From the NCBI GenBank assembly GCA_003614145.1, contig KZ987748.1, positions 1 to 32,220 of the forward strand: DNA of 32,220 bases, read 5' to 3'. The notes beneath the pieces were generated by a model. It made no database searches and was not told where the DNA came from. It was given only the letters and a program-made list of their open reading frames with translations. This document shows, piece after piece, positions 12,302-21,853 of this stretch. This DNA comes from Piptocephalis cylindrospora. Its lineage: Eukaryota. A program made the translations under genes and the position numbers. How positions within the stretch are numbered: position 1 is the first letter of the stretch; every line of letters begins with the position of its first letter.

Positions 12302-13174
12302 TCAGGAGAAGTAAGGGTGAAGGAGACAGTCCTCAGCAGAGATCCTTTCTTCGGGAACATACCGGAGCATACGATTGAGGAGATCGATGGCTCGGGGTTC
12401 CGGGGCCATGGGAGGGATGATCTGAACCCAAGGCTTGGGAGGGTAATCGGGAAAGTCGCCCTTCCAGCCCGGAAGTCGAGTGACCTCAGGCCAGGTCCTC
12501 TCGGAAGGGGTTCCCATGGCGTGGAAGATTCGCTTCAACTGGTCTTCGGGCGAGGAGCCCGAAAAGAGAGGACGACCCGTGTACATCTCGGCGATGACAC
12601 AGCCGGCGGACCAGATGTCAATGGTGGTGTTGTAAGACCTAGACCCGAGGATGACATCAGGAGGCCTGTACCAGAGGGTGACGACTTCAGCGGAAAAGGT
12701 AGCGACGGGGATGCCAAAGTCACGAGCCAGGCCAAAGTCGCCAAGTTTGAGTTGGCCGGCGGCATTGATTAGGAGATTCTGGGGCTTGAGATCGCGATGA
12801 AGAACGTTGTTCTTATGGCAGTAGGCTAGGCCCTGAAGGAGCTGTGAGGCAAAGTGGAGGCACATGGGATGAGCAAGGGCACCATGGGTGCCGTGCTTTT
12901 CCATGTACTTTTTCAGATCCAAGTCCATGTACTCAAAAACCAGGACCAGTCGGGTCTCGGTGTGCTGGACGTCGAGGAGACGAATAATGTTGGGGTGTTT
13001 CAGAGCCTTCATCAACGAGACTTCCCGGACGGCCGTGGATGGCGCGCCTTCCTGCGGATCCAGGGTGATCTCCTTGAGGGCCACGGTCATATGGGGAGCC
13101 TTGAGGACCGTACCCTTGAATACGGTAGCGTAGGTGCCTTCCCCTAGCTTTTCCCCACGAGCATACATTTCCAT
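12302..13174 (-). CDS. PHO85: Cyclin-dependent kinase of the Pho85/CDK5 family (intronless, 290 aa from ATG 13174)
   Basis: [35 protein letters not shown] and [22 protein letters not shown]. The ORF is also open upstream into the neighbouring gene (see findings). Confidence 0.9.
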   Translation of the reverse strand: MEMYARGEKLGEGTYATVFKGTVLKAPHMTVALKEITLDPQEGAPSTAVREVSLMKALKHPNIIRLLDVQHTETRLVLVFEYMDLDLKKYMEKHGTHGALAHPMCLHFASQLLQGLAYCHKNNVLHRDLKPQNLLINAAGQLKLGDFGLARDFGIPVATFSAEVVTLWYRPPDVILGSRSYNTTIDIWSAGCVIAEMYTGRPLFSGSSPEDQLKRIFHAMGTPSERTWPEVTRLPGWKGDFPDYPPKPWVQIIPPMAPEPRAIDLLNRMLRYVPEERISAEDCLLHPYFS

Positions 13175-13250
13175 CTTGGGATGGGTAGTAGGATGAAGAG
13201 AGAGAAAGAGGGAGAGAGGGGATGGTGGGATTGGGAGTGGATGATTTGAG

Positions 13251-13345
13251 ATGGATGCGGAGAGAAGGGGGGGGGGGGGGGAGGGGGGAGGGGGGGGGGC
13301 AACCGGGGGGAGGGGTAGAAGTGGGAGGGGGGGGGGATGCAAGGG
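13251..13345 (-). repeat. Poly-G (+ strand) low-complexity tract; degenerate inverted copy of 10641-10737
   Basis: Runs of 10-15 G. Its reverse complement matches the LSC1 upstream region, with most mismatches being C in this copy. Confidence 0.6.
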
Positions 13346-14264
13346 ATCTGAGAGGGAGCTGGGGATGGAAAGGCCAAGGGTCCGCTCGAGGAGCTCCTCA
13401 ACAATTTCCCAAGCTCGCACGCCTAGAGGAAATACGAGAATATCAAGAGAGGTGGCGATGAGGCAGGGAAAGCGGAGGGAAGAAGGAAGGGCTTACCTTC
13501 TTTGGCCCATCTTTCCGTGGATGCGAGGGAAAGGGGTGCGGAAAAAGAGTCGGCTCCGCGAAAGAGATGATCTTTTTTTCCTCCCACGCCCAATCCCTTT
13601 TGCTTTGATGAGAGAAGCTAATGGGAATGGATGGTAAGGATGAGCTCAGCCGATCCTCCGCCCCCCAAAGGGTATGGATCAAGCCTTACCCAGACATAGG
13701 GACATTGGTACCGGGGATAGGCGGCAATGAGGAAAGTGGTAAAGTGATTGGATGCACGCATTTTGTCATCCACAGGATCCCATGAATCACTTTCTCCGTC
13801 ACTTGAGGACTCGCTGATGGACAAGGAGCTTAGCCTCTTTGAATTGATGTGAATATTGTCACTGAGAGGAAGGGGGAGTATGAGTGCTTTCTCAGGGTCG
13901 GTGGCGCTCGAAGGATCCCAGATCAATGCAATCCCTACCTCTCTTGAGCGATTTCCTTCGAGGTACTTGTATAGGCGTACGTCTTGACCTTAGCCTTGGA
14001 TCCCCCAGAAGCGCCCTTATCCGATCCTCCCCCTTTGTGCGATCCGTCTTCCGGGAGAGGGATGCGGAGAAGGAGCTCTTCCCGGCCACGAAGCCGTACT
14101 TCAAAATGATTGAATCCCTAGAGTTTCATGAAGGTGAGATGGGAGAGAAGAAGAGAAAGAGAAAAGCTGCTGCCACTCACCTTGAGGCAACCGAGGGCTA
14201 GGCACTCATTCAGGAATACCTGCAGACGTTTGCTCGTATTGGACTCCTCTCCTGAAATGGTCAT
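13346..14264 (-). CDS. Conserved uncharacterised protein, 5 exons, with no stop codon of its own (3' end unresolved)
   Basis: Exons 14264-14181, 14117-13939, 13861-13690, 13617-13497 and 13422 onward join in phase through GT-AG introns: [33 protein letters not shown]...[17 protein letters not shown]...[25 protein letters not shown]. From memory it resembles an uncharacterised animal/basal-fungal family (motifs LRGxEELL, FLxAxYxxYxxPYxW, WxIVxEL); not verified by search. Confidence 0.8.
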
Positions 14265-14779
14265 CGGGCTAACGTATGGGCAGGTCGAGGAAGGAGAGTA
14301 AAGTGGATGGGAAACTGGAGTGATCCTGGGTAATGATAGGAGGGGTGGGTACAAAGGGAAATGAGTTGAGGGGGATGACGATTGAGGGAGAAAGAGTCCG
14401 ATGGGTTGATCGATCTTTACATATGATTTTAAAGAAGCCTCCAGGCTGAGGGACTGGGTCCGAAGGAAGGGAGGGGGACGTGATTGAATACACCTCATGA
14501 GCCCCACAAATAGGAGGAGACCTGAGTCATCTCCGACACACAACTACCTATCTATTGTGCAAGCATCCTAAAAGTAGGGTTAAAAGTGACAATTCGTGCT
14601 GAATTCGGAGGAGAGGAGGGGGGATCTTTCCGCTGCGTCTCTCCCATCCCCTTGCTGCTCAAAGTGTACACTAAACAGCCAACCCTTCCCTCTTCCTCAC
14701 TCTTCCCTTCTGAAAGCCATTCTTCCCCTCCCCGCTCCAAACGAAAGACAAGCTACACACACCCACACTCACACACATC

Positions 14780-15453
14780 ATGTCACTGCCAAGATGGGTA
14801 GGAAAGGTCCTCAAGGCCGGACCCGTTCGTGCTGCTAGGCAGCAGTTCAATTTGGATTTTGTCAAGACCGGTCAGCACGTCGGGACCGATGCCGCTGGCA
14901 ACAAGTATTATGAGGATTTGACGGAACATTACGGTAGGACTTAGAGGAGGGTGTGTATTTATAGAGGTAGGTCGAAGGCACAATGCACTCATCCATCCAT
15001 CCTTCCCTCTCTTCCTGGGCATGATGGCTACATGAGCAGGCCGAGACCGTTGGGTGGAGCCCCCCACTTGGGGTCACTTTGACCCCAGCAGCATTCCTGC
15101 GGAATGGTAAGTGATATAATGTTACATTTCGCTCTGGGAAGACTAAGACGGATAATAATATATGAGGGGTGTGGGGTGATGGGACTTTTTTTTGGTTACC
15201 TATCAATACGGCACCATCCTAACCTTGATGATGGCATCGCCCTTCTCTCCCAAAAAAATCATATTTCTTTAGGCACGGATGGATGCACAAGATGGATGAT
15301 CATATTGTCAAGAACCCTGAAGATCAGCCCAGGTCCAAGTGGATGGAGCCCCATACGGAAAATCCTACTGGAACTAGCAAGGCTTACAAGGCCTACAGCA
15401 CGACCACATCCAAATTTGAGGCTTGGGAGCCCAAAGTCGCCTCTCGGTCCTGA
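14780..15453 (+). CDS. NDUFA12: NADH:ubiquinone oxidoreductase accessory subunit NDUFA12 (B17.2/N7BM), 133 aa; not in ORF track
   Basis: Exons 14780-14933, 15040-15106 and 15273-15453 give ...KTGQHVGTDAAGNKYYED...Y|GRDRWVE...DPSSIPAEW|HGWMH...HTENPTGT..AYKAYSTT..KFEAWEP. Confidence 0.93.
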
Positions 15454-16363
15454 GCGCTGCGCTACTGGATGTGAAGGGAGAGAGGGAGAGAGAGGAGATA
15501 AAGCCTTCAGGAATACCAGCCATCCCAAGTTCTACAGTCCACTTGCCATATCTGGCTGTGTAGGTGTGTGCAATGCTTTTGATCACATCTCTATACACAG
15601 TGAGTGCATTTATATCGTTTGATCCGAACGGCGATGGTCAGTGGTCTTCGTAACCTGCTCCATTACACATCAAGGTATCATTACAAGTGAGGAGTGATCA
15701 ATACCAAGGGTCAACGGAATCACCATGACGCTTCGTGTGTTTCCCACTCTTTATTATCACCCTTTATTATTACCATGAGGCCTAATCAGCATTATGGAGT
15801 TGTACACCAGAGCAGTATCAGCCTAACCCCATCTCTGATGATGAAAATATCAACCAGAGTATAAAGCACCTTTATCCCTGCTCCTTATTGAAGTGTGGGC
15901 CGTACCATCATCTTATCTGAGACACGTTCTCATTATGAGAGGTTGTAAGTTGGTCCTGGAAACCTCCGGAAACACAGGATCCAGACCCAGGGCACATCTA
16001 TTATGTGCAACCCTCCTCCTGCGCCTGCATTCATTACACACACACACTAAGGGCCTGAGGTATGCGTCATCGGTGCTGATTGGATGATGACCATCAATCA
16101 TAACTCTGTCGCGTAAGATTACCCAAGTTAGTTCCAGGGAGATGTATGGGACAGACTCTAGTGATGTCAGGATGAAAGGTAATGATATCCCACTCTCGAT
16201 ACTCCAGGATGGGAGACGACATCTGTATCTTTGGCATGGAGGGGGAAGCTAGATTCTAGATCAATCTCCATCCGATGCAGGAAGAGGAGGAAATCCATAG
16301 CCCTAGTAAAGAACTGAATCATTGTTGGCAATCCCTAGGTCCCGGAGAAGAGGCTCTTTAAGT

Positions 16364-16370
16364 TATAAAA
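16364..16370 (+). promoter_or_regulatory. Putative TATA box of the aldo-keto reductase gene
   Basis: TATAAAA about 160 nt upstream of ATG 16528, followed by a CT/CA-rich leader. Confidence 0.45.
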
Positions 16371-16527
16371 AGAGGCGAACTTCTCATACTGCTCATTCAT
16401 CATCTACCATTCCCCCATCCGCATTATCATCATCCACTTAACCTGCAAATCCATCTTGGATATTCTACTGCATTCACTCATTCTCTCACATTGTACCTTT
16501 GCTCAACACCATCCATTCTTAAAAAAA

Positions 16528-17466
16528 ATGGCCTCCCCAGCTCTCCCTCACAAGACTTACAAGCTCAACACTGGAGCAAACATCCCAGCCATCGGCCTAG
16601 GCACCTGGGAGTCCCAACCAGGAGAGGTGACCGAGGCCGTCCAGGCCGCCCTAGACGCCGGATACCGTCACATCGACGGAGCCGCCTTCTACAAGAATGA
16701 AAAGGAGGTGGGTAAGGCCTTTGCCACATACAAGCCTGGATTCCGTCGAGAAGAGGTATTTGTCACGTCCAAGCTATGGAACAGTAAGCATCGGCCCGAG
16801 GATGTTGAGCCCGCCCTGGACCAAACCCTGTCAGACCTTGGGCTCGAGTACCTGGACCTCTACCTCATGCACTGGCCTGTATCCCTGGCCACGGATGACT
16901 TTAGCAAGCGGGACGAGAAGGGTTGGTGCCCACGGATCCCCGGAGTGACCTTTGTCGACACATGGAGGGCCATGGAGGCCCTGCTGGAGACGGGCAAGGT
17001 CAAGGCCATTGGCGTATCCAATTTTGACATCCCCAACCTGGAGAAGCTCCTCAAGGTCGCCAAGGTGGTCCCCGCCGTCAACCAAATCGAGCTCCATCCC
17101 CTTCTCCCGCAGAATGACCTTCTTGCCTTCTGTAACAAGAACGGGATTCACGTCACGGCCTACTCCCCCCTAGGTCGGGGAAAGAAGCTCCTGGAGGATC
17201 CAGGGCTTCAGAAGTTGGCTGAGAAGTATCACAAGGACCCCGCCCAGATTGCCTTGTCTTGGGGAGTCCAGCGAGGGACCAGTGTCCTGCCAAAGTCCGT
17301 TCACGCCAAGCGTATCAAGAGCAACCGGGACTTGACCCCTATTTCTGATGAAGACCTCAAGATCGTCGATAAGGGCGACAAGCAGCATGAGCGGGTGGTC
17401 AAACCCGAGGAGATGTGGGGCTTTACCGTCTTCCATGGCGAAGGAACTGTCCCTGATGATCTTTAG
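16528..17466 (+). CDS. NADPH-dependent aldo-keto reductase (Gcy1/Ypr1/AKR1A-like), intronless
   Basis: IPAIGLGTW and the catalytic tetrad in GYRHIDGAAFY, VTSKLWN and LYLMHWP, plus AIGVSNF, NQIELHP, AYSPLG and LPKS. The ATG follows an A-rich context (AAAAAAAATG). Confidence 0.95.
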   Translation: MASPALPHKTYKLNTGANIPAIGLGTWESQPGEVTEAVQAALDAGYRHIDGAAFYKNEKEVGKAFATYKPGFRREEVFVTSKLWNSKHRPEDVEPALDQTLSDLGLEYLDLYLMHWPVSLATDDFSKRDEKGWCPRIPGVTFVDTWRAMEALLETGKVKAIGVSNFDIPNLEKLLKVAKVVPAVNQIELHPLLPQNDLLAFCNKNGIHVTAYSPLGRGKKLLEDPGLQKLAEKYHKDPAQIALSWGVQRGTSVLPKSVHAKRIKSNRDLTPISDEDLKIVDKGDKQHERVVKPEEMWGFTVFHGEGTVPDDL

Positions 17467-17573
17467 AGGGTATAGGTTGTCGTGAGGATGTACTTTAAAT
17501 AAACCATTTCTTCATCCTCATCAGCAGATGTGTGTGTGCTATTGTGTGTGGAGAGGGAAACATGGTGTTTCTA

Positions 17574-18146
17574 TTATTTCTTCTTGCCTTTCTCAAAGGC
17601 ACAGAGACCTTCTTGAAGAGCCTGAAGGCTCAGACCACCCGGAACATAGATGCATACGACGCCTAGAGCACTCACATCACGGATGTTACGCTGTTCATCA
17701 TCAAAGAAGAGCATATCCTCGTAGGGGAGACCCGTATCTTGCTGAAAAGCCTCAAAGTGCTTGACTTTGCTTCCAGGGTAGATTTGTTGATGGTGGAAAA
17801 GAGATAGAAGAGACCGATCGGTGCCCTTATGCGACCCATCGCTCCCAGGATGTGGAGGTGGGCTGGGAAATGTGGGGGGGTAAAGCATGAGCTGGGCGAT
17901 CGCCTTGGCCCAGTCGGGGGTGGCGGTCCTGGAGGCCAGGGCCAGTAGAGTATCTGGGTACTCGGCATGCAGGGTGCGCACCACGTCAAAGCTCTCTGGG
18001 TAAGGAGAAAGCACGGTTCCCTCTCTATCTACTACATGCCCCGTCCGGGCATTTCGGCGAAAGGGGGGTCCGGCCAACAACTCGGTCCCAAAATCCCAGA
18101 ATGTCGAATCTAGGTCAAAAACAACAAGCCCAGGTCCTTTTCCCAT
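17574..18146 (-). CDS. MDP1: Magnesium-dependent phosphatase 1 (HAD superfamily, MDP-1), intronless, 190 aa
   Basis: VVFDLDSTFW (DxDxT), LASRT, QIYPGSKVKHF and MLFFDDEQRNI..VSALGV. Confidence 0.9.
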   Translation of the reverse strand: MGKGPGLVVFDLDSTFWDFGTELLAGPPFRRNARTGHVVDREGTVLSPYPESFDVVRTLHAEYPDTLLALASRTATPDWAKAIAQLMLYPPTFPSPPPHPGSDGSHKGTDRSLLSLFHHQQIYPGSKVKHFEAFQQDTGLPYEDMLFFDDEQRNIRDVSALGVVCIYVPGGLSLQALQEGLCAFEKGKKK

Positions 18147-18761
18147 GATGCTTATATACTGAAATTTTGGGTTATAGGGGGAAGGTAAGGGAGAAGGAAA
18201 AGAAGTAAAGTAAAAAGGAGATGAACGGGAAAAGGGAGGTTTTGAGATGGCTTAATCCATGGGATCTTATTCAAACCAAGGTGGGTAAAACTGATAGCTG
18301 GGTCAGCATCATCCCACGATAGCAGCATTAAATCCCAGCTCCAACCAGAGATAAGCCTCATACGAGTGTGGTAAGGACTGCTTGCTCTTGTCCTGGGAAC
18401 ATGCGATGAATCATGACACTGATAGCAGCGTGTACACTGTAACCAACCATACCGTCCCTCCTACGAATTCAGTAAGCATAAAACGGCATCGTGATGTGCA
18501 GGATACAAACCTTAGATCATCTTGATGTCAGCCTTGGAAATGTCCTGCTAGGCCTAGGCATCATTGTAGCAAGGGAATCTCCCATTGGTCATCCAGGGGA
18601 GAAGGGACAAAGTGCACACAGGTGTTTAGGCTCAACGAATGTGACAAGTGTGATATTTTAGTGACAATTCAGATCACAGCTATACCATCAAAAACTCCAG
18701 CACAAGCGAAAACAATCGTCGTCCCTAAGTCTTAATTGGCATTCTATCTGATCCTCCACTC

Positions 18762-18822
18762 TATATCTTGGGATTTATGTCAGTATCATAGAACGTTAGT
18801 TACATTTATATCTTGGGATTTA
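18762..18822. repeat. 16-bp perfect direct repeat TATATCTTGGGATTTA with a 29-bp spacer
   Basis: Copies at 18762-18777 and 18807-18822. Confidence 0.85.
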
Positions 18823-19692
18823 CTCTTTCATTTTTGGATCAACATGGGAAAGACCATCGCACAATGACTCAAGTAGATGGTGCTGATGACAGATAAATAC
18901 GAATGGTAATACCGATAGTACTGATAGAAATAACAACAATAATAAAGTAAGAGAAATATGATCCTTCTTTCCAGTTCATTGCATATCTCCCCTCCCATCC
19001 CCTTGCTCGTGTCTCCTAGCCTTGCTGCCCCAGGCCCCTTCAACATCAACACCCTGTTCGTAAGGTCAGGGGGCGGGGGCAAGAGTGGCGCGATGTGCCC
19101 TTTCTCTCCTCAAACCCCTCTCTAGAACCCCACATACACACACGCACACACGGGATGAGGCGCATGACCTTGCCCTAGTCGTCGTCCTATCTCCCCCATC
19201 CGTGTGCCCCTTACTTTACCTGCTTGTCTGTATCTGTGTCTGCCTTTGATCCTCCCCCACAGTACACTTGGCAAACTGGACCCGTTCATGGCACAGGTAG
19301 GTACAGATAGACACAGACGCTGAGGCTTGGCCTCCCTCATCACTACGTCTGCCACGCTCACTATGCACACTATACACTCCACTCCATCTCCCCCTTCCCT
19401 TATACCACACCGCCTCATATCCCCGCCCCTATCCCCAGTCTCATGATCCTCTACTCCCGCTCCCCTTCCCCCCACTTCTTTCCTTCCCTCCTCTCAAGCT
19501 CCACCTCACACCCACCATCCCTGTGCCCTTTTCCTCTTTCCCATCCCCCTCGGCAACCCATTCCCTTCTGTGCCCCCCCTTTCCCCCCCATCACCACCGC
19601 CCTTCCTCCCCTTCCAGGCTGTCCCTATTTCGCGTGTGTCTTCACCAGCGTCACCCTTTGCTTCTGATCTTACCTTCTCTTTGATCCTCATC

Positions 19693-20758
19693 ATGGCTCC
19701 CCGTAAAAAGGTCCTTCTCAAAGTAAGACTCTCTCGGATACTTAGGGGCGTGCGTCATCAAGATAAAGGCGCATGGGCTAATCTTTTATCCCTTCGCATC
19801 ACTCCTTATGGACTTGATTGGTCACGCCCTCTCTAGGTTATCATCCTTGGTGATAGTGGGTAAGTGAATGTAGCATCGGGAGGGAAGAATGATTCTTAAT
19901 CGCGTGATCGATTGCTAGTTGAGAGGGATGAAAAAGGATCAGAGGAGAGCTCGGTGGTCTTTGAACACTCCACTCACACCCCTCTCCCTCCCTCCATTGT
20001 GGAATGATGCATTCAGTGTTGGCAAAACCTCGCTTATGAACCAGGTAGGTGGGATGTGGTTATTTGATTTCATCCTTCTCCCCTCTCCAGCTCCGTCACC
20101 CTTCAGACTGATCTCTCCCTGTCTCCCATGCGCAGTTTGTCAGTAAAAAATTCAGTAACCAGTACAAGGCCACCATTGGCGCCGATTTCCTCACTAAGGA
20201 GGTGGTCGTCGATGGCAGGACCATCACCATGCAAATCTGGGATACGGCTGGCCAGGAGCGCTTCCAGTCCCTCGGTGTGGCCTTCTATCGTGGTGCCGAT
20301 TGCTGCGTCCTTACCTTTGATGTCAATAATGCAAAATCCTTTGAGACCCTGGATAGCTGGAGGGATGAGTTCCTTGTCCAGGCCTCCCCCAGGGACGCGG
20401 ATAACTTCCCCTTCATCGTTCTTGGTAACAAGGTGGATGTCGAGGAGGGAAAGCGTATGGTCTCCCAGAAGCGGGCACTGCAATGGTGTCAGATGAAGGG
20501 TGGTATTCCCTTTTTCGAAACCAGTGCCAAGGAGGCCCTTAATGTGGAGGCTGCCTTCCAGACCATTGCCAAAAATGCTCTGCAACAGGAAGATGAGGTG
20601 GAAATGTACGTTCAGCTTGCGCTTTAGGTTAAGGGAGAAAGCCATGTGTGCTGTGGGTGCGCATCCCCTCACAACTCACTTTCCCATTCTCTAGGAGTTT
20701 CCCTGATCCCATTGACTTGAATGCCCAAAACCAGCGGGATCCTGGATGTGGGTGCTAG
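19693..20758 (+). CDS. YPT7: Rab7/Ypt7 small GTPase, 5 exons
   Basis: [48 protein letters not shown]...[23 protein letters not shown]...GNKVD...ETSAK...M|SFPDPIDL...GCGC* (CxC prenylation motif). It has three very short 5' exons. Confidence 0.97.
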
Positions 20759-20878
20759 AACATAGCAGAGGGTACGGATTGCGGGAGCAGGGGGAGTGAG
20801 GAAGTGCGTGTGTGGGTGTGCGAGAAAGGGAGAGGGGGCGTTGGGGACGATCATGTTCTCATCTAGACTCTGATCTGC

Positions 20879-21853
20879 TCATGTCAGGGTACTATGTACG
20901 GGGCATTGGAGTATGGAAAGGCGATCCTTTATGAGGTGGATGGATGGTCGAATGGATGTGATATTTTCATAGGTTCTCATCACTCCGTTCCCTCGTCCTG
21001 TCAGGATACAGTTCACGCTCTCAGCCTCTTTTTCTTCCACTTGGATAATGATGATACACGGGGTCATACCCAGCTGATCTGGCTGAATTCTTTCCGACTT
21101 AGCCAGCATTGATGGGAGGGGGAGCCTTTGTGCACTAGGATAACCAAAGTGCATCCCATCCCACACTATCGCTAACCTTCCTTAAGCACAAGCTCTAGCT
21201 GACAGGTCTGCAGCTCATCCCGTAACATCAGGATGATCTTGTCCTTTTCCTGAACTAGGTGTTGAAGGGCTTCCAGTTTCTCCTGATGCTGGTTCCAATC
21301 CTGGAGCATGGTGTTTCGATGGGCCTCAGCCTCATCCCTCTGTCGCAAGGCCAAAGACAGTTCAGTATGCACAGTGTGAAGTCGAGCATTCGCTCTAGTT
21401 AATTGTGCCCGGTTCTGGACATGCCTCTCTTCCAGCTGGGCCACTTGGGTGCGCAAGTCAATCACTGAATCAAAGTGTCCCCAATCCCCCGATTCTCCCT
21501 CATGCGCTGCTGCCCGTAATGCTTCCGTTTGGTGAGCCGCTAGCTGATGTTTTGCGGTTTCCAGAGAGATTTGGGCCTTGGCCAGGCTCATCTGACTTTG
21601 CGTAACTGATAGAGGCAGGGTGAGTGCAAGATTATTCACAAAAGGTGTCACAGACAACATCAGCCTAATCAGATATACCTTGATGGAAGACGTTGGAAAA
21701 AGCATGCTCCCGTCTGTCTCGATCGTCAAGACGATCAACCACCAGGGTATACCAGGGAGGCGAAGCTAGACTCATTGGACGAGGGCGGGATCGGGCAGGA
21801 CCGCCGCTGGAGCTAGAAGAGGACGATTCAGACCGTACAACCGGTTCAGCCAT
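20879..21853 (-). CDS. Atg16-like coiled-coil protein (3' exon and stop uncertain)
   Basis: Exon 1 (21853-21679) has WYTLVVDRLDDRDRREHAF, resembling the Atg5-binding helix W...I..RL..RD..E. Exon 2 (21605-21177) is a long coiled coil ending EKDKIILMLRDELQTCQLEL (Atg16-like L.DEL..L.LE). If unspliced it stops at 21172; a third exon containing EEKEAESVN could extend it to 20879. Confidence 0.65.

Noticed and set aside
12161..12772. 203-aa + strand ORF, and similar long antisense ORFs at 9356-10024, 20103-20672 and 1862-2362
   Set aside because: They lie antisense to well-conserved genes, have no recognisable motifs, and are explained by codon bias.
13261..13340. G-quadruplex potential of the poly-G tract
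   Set aside because: The tract is probably degraded sequence, so structural inference is unsafe.
15454..16527. A missing minus-strand gene between NDUFA12 and the AKR gene
   Set aside because: The short ORFs there (for example 15913-16101) lack motifs and a convincing splice structure.
18762..18822. CRISPR-like repeat-spacer-repeat
   Set aside because: Only two 16-bp copies, a eukaryotic context and no cas genes.
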